From NCBI GenBank assembly GCA_031425655.1, contig JANPJS010000064.1, positions 1 to 46,593 of the forward strand: DNA of 46,593 nt, written 5' to 3'. This document shows, one piece after another, positions 26,034 through 35,925 of this stretch. Made by a program: the position numbers and the translations under genes. The notes beneath the pieces were generated by a model that saw only the letters and a program-made list of their open reading frames with translations, made no database searches and was not told where the DNA came from. Origin of the DNA: Abditibacteriaceae bacterium. GTDB taxonomy: Bacteria; Armatimonadota; Abditibacteriia; Abditibacteriales; Abditibacteriaceae. The number at the start of each line of letters is the position of its first letter. Position 1 is the stretch's first letter.

Positions 26034-26249
26034 GAAGCTGTTTGAGAATAGCTATCACTCCTGGGTTGAGCCGCTTTCAATAGGACGCGGAGCTTCGCTA
26101 CGCAGATTTCATGCGCGGATTTTCGCTGATTTTTCAGTAAAACCGCGCCTTCAAAGCCGTTTCGGGCGCCCTCTGGGCAGGAAAGCGAAGCTCCGTGTCC
26201 TATTGAAAAGTCTTCGATTTGAGGCTTTGACGAATTCTCAGACAGCTTC
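26034..26249. repeat. Three-level nested element: IR shell > ACACGG-type copy 4 > 15-nt insertion
   Basis: Shell GAAGCTGTTTGAGAAT / ATTCTCAGACAGCTTC (15/16); inner TTTCAATAGGACGCGGAGCTTCGCT / AGCGAAGCTCCGTGTCCTATTGAAA; GGGCGCCCTCTGGGC at 26164-26178. Confidence 0.8.
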
Positions 26250-26273
26250 TAAAGTAACAGTAAATTTGATTTT

Positions 26274-27332
26274 TCAAGATAACAACGAACGGTAAATTGC
26301 CTGAGTTTGCCGAGCTATTCGGGGCCAAGCCAATTCCTCGGCGCGCTGTCGCGCGGCTTGGGCCATGCGCCAACGCTGCTCAGGCGCACCGCGTAGCGCG
26401 GCGATAGCTTCGACCAAAGGCGCGGCGCGTCCCGGCTCGGTTAAGATAGCACAATCCTCGTTGACATATTCAGGAATGCCGCCGACACGCTCGGTAACAA
26501 TCGGCACGCCACACGCCATTGCTTCGAGGATCGCATTATTAGCCGTAGCATCAATGGCAGTCATTAAAAAGCACGAAGCATTTTGATAGGCGCTCACCAG
26601 TTCATTGTTGCTGAGTCCGAAGCGAAACTCAACGTTTGGGAGATTCTTGAACATCGGGCCTATCGCTTCAGGAGCTATAATCGTGCATTTCACATCTTGA
26701 GCGCTCAATAAAGAACACACTTCTTGCAGAAGTGGGAAATTGCGTAAATAATTACCAACCGACAAAACCGTAAAGTGTTCCAAGTTCTCGTTCTTCACCA
26801 TACTTGGCTGCATTGACTGAGGAGACAAAGTAGTAAGAGCGGGACGAAAAAAATCAGTATCAATTCCCAGCGGAACAATATGTATTTTATGACTTGGCAC
26901 TCCATAAGCCTCAAAGAAAGCACGCTGCGTATGACTCATCAGGATAATCGCATCCAGCCCACGCAAGCGTGCTGGAAAATTAATATTAGTCGGCAAAGTG
27001 TCATGACAGCAGTGAAAGGTAGCGCAGAGTGGCTGCCGCTGGCGATGACGCACTAAATCTAAAAACCCCAAATCAGAATCCGCCCAAAGAATGTGGGTCA
27101 CGCCTGCAAAGCCTCGTCGTAATTCCTGGCAGCCCTCCCATTCCATATTCGCGGAACCAAGCCTATACCATCGGGTGAAGGTAACTCGGCTCATCAGGCC
27201 AACAACTACGCGCTCAATAGGGGAACGCGGATCGCGGCGGCGCTTTTGAATGAAGTGCACCTTAGAAACGTAATTGGCCAATGTTCCGTAACTGGAACGC
27301 ACCGCAGGATCTCCTGCCGTCGTGCATAGCAT
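26274..27332 (-). CDS. GT4 glycosyltransferase
   Basis: PLGIDTDFF, NAILEAMACGVPIV, GGIPEY; start uncertain (27332 or 27380). Confidence 0.85.
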   Translation of the reverse strand: MLCTTAGDPAVRSSYGTLANYVSKVHFIQKRRRDPRSPIERVVVGLMSRVTFTRWYRLGSANMEWEGCQELRRGFAGVTHILWADSDLGFLDLVRHRQRQPLCATFHCCHDTLPTNINFPARLRGLDAIILMSHTQRAFFEAYGVPSHKIHIVPLGIDTDFFRPALTTLSPQSMQPSMVKNENLEHFTVLSVGNYLRNFPLLQEVCSLLSAQDVKCTIIAPEAIGPMFKNLPNVEFRFGLSNNELVSAYQNASCFLMTAIDATANNAILEAMACGVPIVTERVGGIPEYVNEDCAILTEPGRAAPLVEAIAALRGAPEQRWRMAQAARQRAEELAWPRIARQTQAIYRSLLS

Positions 27333-27345
27333 TAAGACTGGAGGG

Positions 27346-28335
27346 TCAGTAATCACAATGATCGCTCTCCTCGCCGGCACGCAGTATCACGGGTTCTGTT
27401 CTATTCTTCAGGGCGCTCCGAAGTTGCAACAGGCTGCGTATTATAGAGGGGCAAACTCGACTTAAAGTGTAAGCAACCTTAAATGACGCCGTTAAATAGG
27501 GCCAGCCAAGTTGAGCCGCTTTGTGCCGGTCATCTCTATTACCTGTGCTCAGAGCTAAGCTCATTGCTTGGCGAGCTGTAGCACGCAGCAAAATGTCCAT
27601 CTCTTTTGGCGCTTGGGCAAAAGCATCTTGGTTCTTGTGCAACATTCGTAGTGCAAAGTATTGTCGGCTTACCCGGCTCTTAGAAATGCTGCCGGGTGTG
27701 TCAATCCGGTAAGCGGAATGAGGCACAGCGTCAAAGCACCAAGTGTGATCTCGGATAACTCGAATAAACAAATCCATATCATGCACGCGCATTTGCACAT
27801 CATCGAAGGCGCCCACCTCGCACACCCGCTTTAGTCGGTAAAGCACATTGGAATGCCCAAAAGGGCTGTATTCGGTGAGGAACGGCAGAAACGCCTGATG
27901 CAACAAACCTTTTTGCGTCGTAGTAATTGGCAATGATTTGGGTAGAGGTTTGGTGCGACCATTCACATCCATTAAGTCGAAAAGTGCCATAAATGCCACG
28001 TCTTGCCCATTTTGCAACACATGAGCAGCGCGTTCGAGATGTTGCGGATACCATACGTCGTCGGCGTCTAAAAAGGCGATCCAATCGCCCGTAGCGGCGC
28101 GAATTCCGATATTTCGTGCTGCGGCGGCGTTGCGGCAGTTAGCACTCAGCAATTTCACCGGCACGCCGCTGGCCGCGATTTGCGCGTGGGAATCGTCGGT
28201 CGAAGCATCGTCAATTACGATGATTTCGTGCGGCGGCTGCGTTTGCGCGGCGGCGCTACGGAGCGCCTCGCCAATCCAGCGTTCCGCATTGTGGCACGGC
28301 ATGATAACCGACACGCGCAGAGTGTTTTTATTCAT
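27346..28335 (-). CDS. GT2 glycosyltransferase
   Basis: SVIMPCHN, IDDASTD, ARN.G, FLDADD. Confidence 0.9.
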   Translation of the reverse strand: MNKNTLRVSVIMPCHNAERWIGEALRSAAAQTQPPHEIIVIDDASTDDSHAQIAASGVPVKLLSANCRNAAAARNIGIRAATGDWIAFLDADDVWYPQHLERAAHVLQNGQDVAFMALFDLMDVNGRTKPLPKSLPITTTQKGLLHQAFLPFLTEYSPFGHSNVLYRLKRVCEVGAFDDVQMRVHDMDLFIRVIRDHTWCFDAVPHSAYRIDTPGSISKSRVSRQYFALRMLHKNQDAFAQAPKEMDILLRATARQAMSLALSTGNRDDRHKAAQLGWPYLTASFKVAYTLSRVCPSIIRSLLQLRSALKNRTEPVILRAGEESDHCDY

Positions 28336-28351
28336 AGCGAGGAACGGAAGT

Positions 28352-29431
28352 TTAACGTTTCAGACAATCCCGATAGATTTGCGCGGTCATCGTGGCGATG
28401 CGCTCCCAGCTCCACTCTTCTGCCAAACGGCGGTTATGATCGCCCATTCGCGGAAGCTCGTCACATCGCCGCACGGCTTCTCGCAGAGCCGTTAACAGCC
28501 CGTTTTCATCAGCCGGATCGTAAGGAAAACCACCACGCTCGTCTAAAATTTCGCCAATGCAGCCCAGACGCGGCGCGACGCAGGCGCGGCCAAAAGACAT
28601 AGCCAAAACTACGGCGCCCGAAGTCAGAATGTCGCGGTAAGGAAAAATCACCGCATCGGCGGCGTTCATATATTCTTGCAGCCGTTCATCTGGCACAAAA
28701 CCGGGTTGATACTGCACGCGATTGAGTTGTGCGGCCCGTGCGCTAATGATGTGTGAGGACGCTTCGTCCAGTGGCTTTCCAGCGATGAGCAGGCGCGCCT
28801 TTGCGCCGCCATCTTCGCGCGCAAGTTCGTCGAAAGCGTCCAGCAATTCCAACACACCTTTATAAGGGCGAATTTGTCCCAAAAACAAGAACTGGGTCTC
28901 ATCCGCAGGCAGGCGCAACCTCGCGCGTGCCTGCGCCCGCGAGAGGTCATTTGGGTAGCAGCCAATGTAGTTACCGTGGGGAATCACGCTGATTTTGCCC
29001 CTGTGTCGGAGACGAGCAAAGGCCGCCAACTCGCTTTTCGCCGTTTCGCCGTGTGCGATGATAGCATGGCAGCAGCGCACGAATAAACTTAAAAAAAACC
29101 GCTCCAAGCCCGGATGACGACTTTCATGGTGCTTCAAATTGTGCGCCGTCCAGACGATCTTTTGCCCGGCGAGGCGCAAGACTAAAATCTGCGCCAGAAA
29201 TGACAGAGAACGCTTGATTGTGCCGAACGCCGTCGGCGTGGTCATATAGGGGTGCAGCCAATGGAAATGGAGAATACGCGCCTTCCATCGGCGCAGTGCG
29301 GTGCGAAAAAACGTCCCGCCGCCGCCGCCCGCCACAGCATGAAAACCCTGCCCCGCCAAGTGACGCATGAGCAGAGTTTGATAGGCGTTGTCGTCATAAA
29401 ACGGCAAATGCACGACTTTGATTTCGTCCAT
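28352..29431 (-). CDS. GT4 glycosyltransferase
   Basis: NAYQ.LL, HFHW, WTAHN..HHE, IRPYKG, SGAV.LAMSFG. Confidence 0.9.
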   Translation of the reverse strand: MDEIKVVHLPFYDDNAYQTLLMRHLAGQGFHAVAGGGGGTFFRTALRRWKARILHFHWLHPYMTTPTAFGTIKRSLSFLAQILVLRLAGQKIVWTAHNLKHHESRHPGLERFFLSLFVRCCHAIIAHGETAKSELAAFARLRHRGKISVIPHGNYIGCYPNDLSRAQARARLRLPADETQFLFLGQIRPYKGVLELLDAFDELAREDGGAKARLLIAGKPLDEASSHIISARAAQLNRVQYQPGFVPDERLQEYMNAADAVIFPYRDILTSGAVVLAMSFGRACVAPRLGCIGEILDERGGFPYDPADENGLLTALREAVRRCDELPRMGDHNRRLAEEWSWERIATMTAQIYRDCLKR

Positions 29432-29434
29432 GAG

Positions 29435-30346
29435 TTACACGGCAGATTGCAGAAAGCCCTGTTGCTTTAGATGCGCGATGCCTTCACCATACATCAAATG
29501 GCGAATGGAGCCGACATAGTGGCGGCTGGGCGCGCCGTTGAGGCCTTTATCCAGACGGACATTATATTCGGTCGGCAAAAGCTCCGCGCCAAAACGCGAG
29601 CTACACAAGGCGAACAACGTTTGCTCGATGCGCCAGAAATGCCCGACAATTCCGGGCATTGCTAAAAACTCCTCGATCCAATCCAGCTGCATCGAATCAC
29701 GATGAATCAGGCCCAGACCGGAATTGAATCGCGGAATCAATTGCACGCCGGCCAGTTTCTGCGCGGCTTCGGGTTCAACTGTCAATGCGCTGGCGACATC
29801 GGCGTTCACCGTGTTGAGGCGGTAGTCGGAGTTTTCGATGCGCTCCAAAAGTGCCTGAGGCGCGGCGAAAAACAGCACGTCGCTATCGAGCAGCAGCATC
29901 CGCTCGCTTTGCAAATGCGCGATAAAATCGAAAACCTTCGGCGCCAGATGATTGGTGCGGCGAAATTCGGCGGCTCTGGGATAATCGCGCAGGCGCTCCG
30001 CCATCGCAGCGTCGGATTCGACGCGATCAATCAGGCGCGCTGCGGGAAAATGATGTTGCAGCAGGCAGCGGTGCTCGTGGTTCAGCGTGCCGTCGCCGTG
30101 GATGCACAGCGCGTAGCGCCGCTCCGAATAGCGATAAAAAGACTTGAGCGTCCAAAGCAAGTTGATATGGTCTTGTGCCGAAGTCAGCACATGGATTTCG
30201 CAGCTCAAATCGGTGGTGTCAGGCACCGGGGCAGTCTGTAAAATGCGTGGACGCACCACGTCGCGCCAATGCGCCACTCGCGGGCCGTGCTTATATTTGC
30301 AACGCAACTGATAAACGGCAGAGCCTAAAGACATAGTGAATTTCAT
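29435..30346 (-). CDS. Putative GT-A-fold nucleotide-diphospho-sugar transferase
   Basis: HGDGTL, K.FD, LLDSDVLF (DxD), NSGL, EQT. Confidence 0.65.
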   Translation of the reverse strand: MKFTMSLGSAVYQLRCKYKHGPRVAHWRDVVRPRILQTAPVPDTTDLSCEIHVLTSAQDHINLLWTLKSFYRYSERRYALCIHGDGTLNHEHRCLLQHHFPAARLIDRVESDAAMAERLRDYPRAAEFRRTNHLAPKVFDFIAHLQSERMLLLDSDVLFFAAPQALLERIENSDYRLNTVNADVASALTVEPEAAQKLAGVQLIPRFNSGLGLIHRDSMQLDWIEEFLAMPGIVGHFWRIEQTLFALCSSRFGAELLPTEYNVRLDKGLNGAPSRHYVGSIRHLMYGEGIAHLKQQGFLQSAV

Positions 30347-31590
30347 CTTAGGTTGTCTTGCGTGTGCGACTTGGCACTCCCGCGAAATTGTTCAAAAACT
30401 GATTCGTAAAACCTCAGCAGGCGCGGAACAGCCACATCGGGATGCAGGTCGGCGATGCGCGCCTGCGCTTTTTGGCCCATCGCGGCGCGCTGCTGTTCAT
30501 TGAGGCGCCAGCCTTCGATCATCATCCGCGCCAGCGCCGATGCATCGCCGGGCGGCGCCAGCAAGCCGGATTCGCCGGGCGCGATAAGCTGCTCGAAACA
30601 CGATCCAGTAGTCGCCAGCACGGTTTTGCCCAATCCCATCGCTTCGAGACAGGTGTTTGGCAGATTATCCATGAGCGATGGAAGAACTACCAGTCGCGCG
30701 TTTTGCACGATGGGATAAAGGCGGTCGTGGCGCAGTGCGCCTAAAAACTGCACGCGCCGGCTGAATTCGCCGCTCTGTTTTTTTACGTAGTCCACCATGC
30801 CGCTGCCATCGGGCGCGCGGGAATCCGGGCCGGCGAAAACCATTTCCATGTCGGGGCACGCTTTCAACACTTCGGGCAGCGCCTGCGCCAAAATATGCAC
30901 GCCCTTCATTTGCGTCATGCGCCCGAAAAACAAGGCGTATTGTTTGCCGGCGCAATGCCGGCGGTAATCGCTATCATCCACCTGAGCTTCTTCCGGGAAA
31001 AACGGCGATTCCACGACTTCGATGCCGCTCAGCCCGTAATTCTGCTCGACGGCGCGGGCCACATAGGAACTCGGAGCGTAAATGAAGCGCGTCCCGGTGA
31101 TGGCCCTGCGCTCCATTTTCCAGCGCGCCCGCACGCCGGGCGTGATGGGAATGCCGGCAGCGGTGTCCCACACGGGGCGATAACTCGACAAGCGCGTGAT
31201 AACCGGCATCCGCCGTTCGCGACGAAAAAACAAACCGCACGCGCTGACGTTGGCCACCTGCACCAAATCGAAGCTTTGCGCGGCGCTCAATGCCCGCCAG
31301 CGCCGCCACGAGCACCAGGCCGCTTTCAGGTCTTGATAAACGTTGTAATAAATTCTGGGCACGAGCGGGTCGGCATGATCGAAAATCATGCGGCGATCCC
31401 AGAGCGGCACCACGCGATGCACCGTCACGCCGCGATAATCGAGCTGGCCATTTTCCGCCGAGCGCGTAATGACGTGGACTTCGTGGCCTCGCTCGGCCAA
31501 AGCCACCGTGACGCGGCCTAAATAATTGGCTAATCCGCCACTAAACGACGGCTCGGTGATGAATTCGGGAGAAACGAAGCACAAACGCAT
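30343..31590 (-). CDS. GT4 glycosyltransferase
   Basis: MRLCFVSPEF, GGLANY, GR...KG, DNLPNTCLEAMG. Confidence 0.9.
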   Translation of the reverse strand: MRLCFVSPEFITEPSFSGGLANYLGRVTVALAERGHEVHVITRSAENGQLDYRGVTVHRVVPLWDRRMIFDHADPLVPRIYYNVYQDLKAAWCSWRRWRALSAAQSFDLVQVANVSACGLFFRRERRMPVITRLSSYRPVWDTAAGIPITPGVRARWKMERRAITGTRFIYAPSSYVARAVEQNYGLSGIEVVESPFFPEEAQVDDSDYRRHCAGKQYALFFGRMTQMKGVHILAQALPEVLKACPDMEMVFAGPDSRAPDGSGMVDYVKKQSGEFSRRVQFLGALRHDRLYPIVQNARLVVLPSLMDNLPNTCLEAMGLGKTVLATTGSCFEQLIAPGESGLLAPPGDASALARMMIEGWRLNEQQRAAMGQKAQARIADLHPDVAVPRLLRFYESVFEQFRGSAKSHTQDNLR

Positions 31591-31595
31591 AACGA

Positions 31596-32032
31596 TTACG
31601 AAGATTTTACCCAGTCCGTGACACGACGTGTCGCCGTTTCCTGCCCGTCCGCGTTCAGATGATGCGTATCGCGGTAAAAGCGCGCGGCGTTGACAACCGG
31701 CGAAAGTTCGCAAAACGCGATTTGCTTTTCACGACAGAAATCGCCAAGCTGTGCGCTCCATTGGCGCTGCTGAGTCTGAAAAAGCGGCGTTGAAACCTGC
31801 GGCGACGGGTTGACCGGCAAGGCGACGATCATCAAGCGTGCGCCCGCCTTATGGCACGCCCGGCCCATCGCCTGCAACCGCTCGAAGGAGCTGCGTTGCA
31901 CGCGCAAATCTTTGAAAATTAAGCGCAGCTTCGCAGAATCATCTTTTTCGGGGGGCGCGGCCAGTGCGATTGGAATCAGATTCGGATGCCGCATCCAACT
32001 CGCCAGCGTGTCGCGGTAGCGAAACAGATGAA
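31596..32032 (-). pseudogene. 3' remnant of an SGNH/AlgJ-like O-acetyltransferase accessory protein
   Basis: LMIVALPV..FYRDTHHLNADG (DxxH) C-terminus; no native N-terminus. Confidence 0.6.
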
Positions 32033-32191
32033 AGACGCCAGCAGCAATCGCAAAAAGCGCGCATCCCAAACGCCATAAAACACGTAGCCGGCCACTAAAA
32101 GCAGCCGGTTCTGAGCTTTGTGGCCCATCATCAGATAAAGGCCATAGACAACCGCGAAAAAGATCAAAAATGTTATCGAATTAAACAGCAT
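32033..32191 (-). pseudogene. 5' remnant of an AlgI/DltB-like MBOAT O-acyltransferase
   Basis: MLFNSITFLIFF..LLLVAGYVFYGVWD.RFL.LLLAS is the typical AlgI N-terminus; similarity is lost after about 53 codons. Confidence 0.8.
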
Positions 32192-33743
32192 GGTCGCGTG
32201 TCGGATTGCTTATCACTGGCGAACCGTTGCTCAGCACATGGGTGCAGCGCGCAACGAAAGTCTTTTGATTATCAAGATTCTCGGAGCAGATGCGCAAATC
32301 TTCCGGTTCGGGATAGAGCAGCGGTTCCTCAGAGCCTTCCCAAAGCGGCGCCGCACCACATAGACGTTGAGCGAGTCGGCCCAAGCGAACGAGAGGATTT
32401 GCCCACAGCGCCTCGTGCCGCGCCCGCGTTTCGGATTGCAGGCGTTCCATCGCTGTTTTGAGGCGCCCATAGTGCGACGTGAAATCCTGCCCGAACATCT
32501 CAATATTTGCAAAGTGCGGACGCAGCAGTTTTTCAAAATCTTCACGATTGTATTCGCGGATGTGGAATGGGTTTTCCGGTGTCACTTTATCGGCTAATTG
32601 GCGGCTGCGTTTGGCGTTTGGTGTGCTGCAAAAAAACAGGCCGTCCGGCGCCATCAGCGCGGCGCACCGCCGCAGCACATCATGGGGACGATGCGTGCGC
32701 TCCAATACATCGTAAAGGAAAATCACGTCGAACGGGCCGCCGACGTTGACTAAACGCTCGGCATCGTCCATAACGTAACGCACACGCTCATGCGCGAACT
32801 CACTGCGGGCGAGTTCCAGAGCCTGATCGGCGTAGTCAATGGCCATTACTTCGCTGGCACCATGCTCGGCACAGAATTTCGCACCGTAACCAACCCCGCA
32901 GCCCACGTCCAGCACGCGGGCGTTTTTCAAGTGCGGCTCAGCCAACTCATAACGCCCAATGTGTTCGGCAAAGTTGGTGTGCCATTTGGGCTGCGAAGGC
33001 AGCATCCTCTCGCGATAAAAATAAGGAGTGCGCGGTGCTTTGACAGCACTGAGCCGCTTTGTCAGGCTTCCGTCAGCGGCACCGAGCTTTGCTAAACGGC
33101 CTTCGCGCTTGCGAGCGTGCAATTGCGCTATATACGAAGAAGTGCCGCCTGCGACGGCCTCGTCGGAGAAGCCACAGGTGCGCCAACCGCGAAAGGCCGG
33201 GAGCGGCTCATGCTCTTTGCGCCACGGCTCCAGTTTCACGATTTCCCAATCATTTTTCGGCAGTAGCGAGCGAATCGTCTCTAAATCACCGGCGATGAAA
33301 ATGGGATGCCCGTGAAAGTGGATCGGAAAGTTGAGCGACAACAAACCGCCGGGACGCAGCACGCGATGAATTTCACGCATGGCATCGCCGTAATCGCTGT
33401 CAAATTCCGGCCAGTGTTCTAAAGACTGCGTGCCCAACACCACATCGAAATGATGGTCGGGATAAGGAATATCCGTGACTGTGCCCTGCTTAGTGGCGAT
33501 GGTGGGACGGCCCTTGGAGTCCACGATCATGGGATCAATACCATGCCATTCGCAGCCCTCAGCTTCGCACAAACGCTTGGCTAAATCCCAACCGCCACAA
33601 CCGATTTCCAGCACGCGCCCTTGATAGGCGGGGCACTCTTCTTCCAGCAACGCGATAACGCACTTACGGATCGGCGAACCACCGGAAACGGTGCAAATTT
33701 TCTCTTGAGCATCAAAACGATTGCAATTAACGCAGGCGGGCAT
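32181..33743 (-). CDS. Tandem class I SAM-dependent methyltransferase (two domains) with Cys-rich N-terminus
   Basis: VLEIGCG..LEHW..RVLRPGG and VLDVGCGVG..STPN..NPFHIREY. Confidence 0.85.
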   Translation of the reverse strand: MPACVNCNRFDAQEKICTVSGGSPIRKCVIALLEEECPAYQGRVLEIGCGGWDLAKRLCEAEGCEWHGIDPMIVDSKGRPTIATKQGTVTDIPYPDHHFDVVLGTQSLEHWPEFDSDYGDAMREIHRVLRPGGLLSLNFPIHFHGHPIFIAGDLETIRSLLPKNDWEIVKLEPWRKEHEPLPAFRGWRTCGFSDEAVAGGTSSYIAQLHARKREGRLAKLGAADGSLTKRLSAVKAPRTPYFYRERMLPSQPKWHTNFAEHIGRYELAEPHLKNARVLDVGCGVGYGAKFCAEHGASEVMAIDYADQALELARSEFAHERVRYVMDDAERLVNVGGPFDVIFLYDVLERTHRPHDVLRRCAALMAPDGLFFCSTPNAKRSRQLADKVTPENPFHIREYNREDFEKLLRPHFANIEMFGQDFTSHYGRLKTAMERLQSETRARHEALWANPLVRLGRLAQRLCGAAPLWEGSEEPLLYPEPEDLRICSENLDNQKTFVARCTHVLSNGSPVISNPTRDHAV

Positions 33744-33867
33744 AAACGATTTGAACCTTGATCTCGATACGCGCCGAGCGGTCTATTTTATTGAGCAGCG
33801 TGGCTGATTGAACAGCATGGCTATTAGTGAAAACCATTGAAACCTATCACAGTTTGCCGGAGAGGAG

Positions 33868-34770
33868 TTAGCTCCGCTTTAATAATTGGATAAGCCAAGA
33901 GCGAATGCGCTGAGGCACGGCGCGGCGCGCTATAGTGCGTGCATAACCAATATCTAAATATTCCAGTCGTGCTTCTGGGGGCAGCAGTCCTCCATTAGCC
34001 AAACGTAACCGTGTGACGGCAATTTTAATCTGCTTGTTGGACCATTGCTCGTGAGATTGAAAAACCTGTGCTACGAATGGGTTGGAGTAATCAAGATGCT
34101 CTGGAAGAAATTTATCCTGTAAAGCCAGTTCGCCACCCAATGCCGCCAATCCCAGCCGCACATCGTCCGTGCGTAAAAAATGATGCCAAGTATTTTCAAT
34201 ATTATAATAGTGCTCACGCGCCCGTGTGGACATTTGCCGACTCACAGCCTCTTTCACTTTCACGCCTTTATGGACGCCGAAGTGAAACGCCTGCAACAGC
34301 GACGGATTCTTACAATGAATGGCGGAGGGAGCCAAATCGTTCCAATCCCGCACCCGGCGTCCGGGAGTCGAGCGTATGGTTTCCGACGACTCAACGAAGA
34401 CGGCTTCAGCGCTCATGTCCCAGCGCACAGAGTTACGGTAAACATTCATGCCCATGATGAGCTGATCCGTAAAAAAATCATGCACGGCAATTTGGAGGTG
34501 TTCCAAGACAGGATTTTTCTCGAATCTCTCGACGATGGCGGCGAGAAGAAATTCGCTGCATAACACCATGTCAGCATCTACTTTGACCAATAGGTCAAAC
34601 TCACCTGACCGCTCGACGAAGATATTGAACAAGCTCTCGTGTGCTTCTTTGTTGCCTAAGTTTCTCAGCACCAAGTGTTCAAAATCACGATAGCTCTGCC
34701 GTTCAATTGAGGCGACACACTCATCAAATTCGTTTTCAATTGTATAAAGTGTCCCAACCAGAATTCGCAT
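33868..34770 (-). CDS. Putative GT2-like glycosyltransferase
   Basis: SIERQSY, KVDADM (DxD); located in the polysaccharide locus. Confidence 0.6.
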   Translation of the reverse strand: MRILVGTLYTIENEFDECVASIERQSYRDFEHLVLRNLGNKEAHESLFNIFVERSGEFDLLVKVDADMVLCSEFLLAAIVERFEKNPVLEHLQIAVHDFFTDQLIMGMNVYRNSVRWDMSAEAVFVESSETIRSTPGRRVRDWNDLAPSAIHCKNPSLLQAFHFGVHKGVKVKEAVSRQMSTRAREHYYNIENTWHHFLRTDDVRLGLAALGGELALQDKFLPEHLDYSNPFVAQVFQSHEQWSNKQIKIAVTRLRLANGGLLPPEARLEYLDIGYARTIARRAVPQRIRSWLIQLLKRS

Positions 34771-34793
34771 GGAATGAACCTCAATTTTGCAGT

Positions 34794-35654
34794 TCAGGAT
34801 CCGGAAGTGCCATTTGCCAGCGGCACATCTTCACGCCAGAAATGAAACCATGGCCGACGCGCCGAACCACCCTGAACGATTCTATATCCTAACTTGCCGA
34901 ACTTGGAGCTAACGTCTTCTATCTCGCCAAATTCTTTATGCACCATGACTATTAACAACAGTGGGTGAATATTCAATTGAAGCAATTGCGCGCTTAGAGC
35001 ATATTCGCCGCCTTCGGCATTACATTTAACAATGTGCGGCTCTTCGCCCCGCAATATCTCCGCAAGCGTCAGCAGTGATACTTCTTCAGTATCACTAAGC
35101 TGAGCATCGTCTTCATAAAGCGAATTGCCCCACGATCCGCGCCCGCAGCGTTTCAATGTCGCATTGCCTATCTGGTCGGACAATGCTGCTTGAACGATGC
35201 GCGCGCGGTTTGTCCAGCCATTGATATGCAAATTGCGCTGGATATGCACTACAGCCTCTGCACTTGGCTCAACGCAAATCACTCGCGAGCCGGAATAACG
35301 TTCCAGTGCCGCGACTGCATAAAAACCGTGATGCGCGCCAATATCTAAGATGAGAGGACACTCCGGCAACGCAATGGGAATGGGAGGAAAATATGCTTGA
35401 ACTTTCGCAGCCAGCATATCACCAACAATGAGTTCATCCACAGGATCATTGCTGACGTAAAATCGTGCGCCTTGAGCTGACTGCAAGGTCAACGGAAATT
35501 GTAAATAGGGGGCGATGAGCTTCCGCAAAGCCAACTTAGAGTAGCCTTTGCAGCGGATCCCGCGAAGTCCTACCACGGGGAGACGATTGTCTGGCAAACG
35601 ATTGTAAAGTGCATTCAAATAAGCACTGGTTTTTCTTATTTTAAATTTACGCAT
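34794..35654 (-). CDS. FkbM-family methyltransferase
   Basis: DIGAHHG, VEP, AALSD, KCNAEGGE. Confidence 0.85.
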   Translation of the reverse strand: MRKFKIRKTSAYLNALYNRLPDNRLPVVGLRGIRCKGYSKLALRKLIAPYLQFPLTLQSAQGARFYVSNDPVDELIVGDMLAAKVQAYFPPIPIALPECPLILDIGAHHGFYAVAALERYSGSRVICVEPSAEAVVHIQRNLHINGWTNRARIVQAALSDQIGNATLKRCGRGSWGNSLYEDDAQLSDTEEVSLLTLAEILRGEEPHIVKCNAEGGEYALSAQLLQLNIHPLLLIVMVHKEFGEIEDVSSKFGKLGYRIVQGGSARRPWFHFWREDVPLANGTSGS

Positions 35655-35925
35655 AAATTCCTTTTGCGAAATGCCACCGCACACGGCGTTGTTACAATCA
35701 ATTCATACTCATGCATTCGCGTTTCAAGTGATCTACATTAATGAGAAGCAGCGTGTTTCCGATCCCAGTTGCCCCACAGGACGATACATTACTGGTAATC
35801 GAAACGGCGCGACCTTTAGCAGGCACAAAAGTCATAAGGTGAGTCCCTCGACACTGTTGCAGCAACCGTAAATCGCGCGCTGAAATGAAGACAGCGAAAA
35901 CTTTGAATTTCAGCAACTTTTGCAT

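Noticed and set aside
25972..26295. 107-aa plus-strand ORF inside the GT locus
   Set aside because: It spans the nested repeat, is antisense to the operon and has no motif.
35698..35925. 75-aa ORF between the pyruvyltransferase and FkbM genes
   Set aside because: No recognisable motif; it may be a decayed remnant but cannot be supported.
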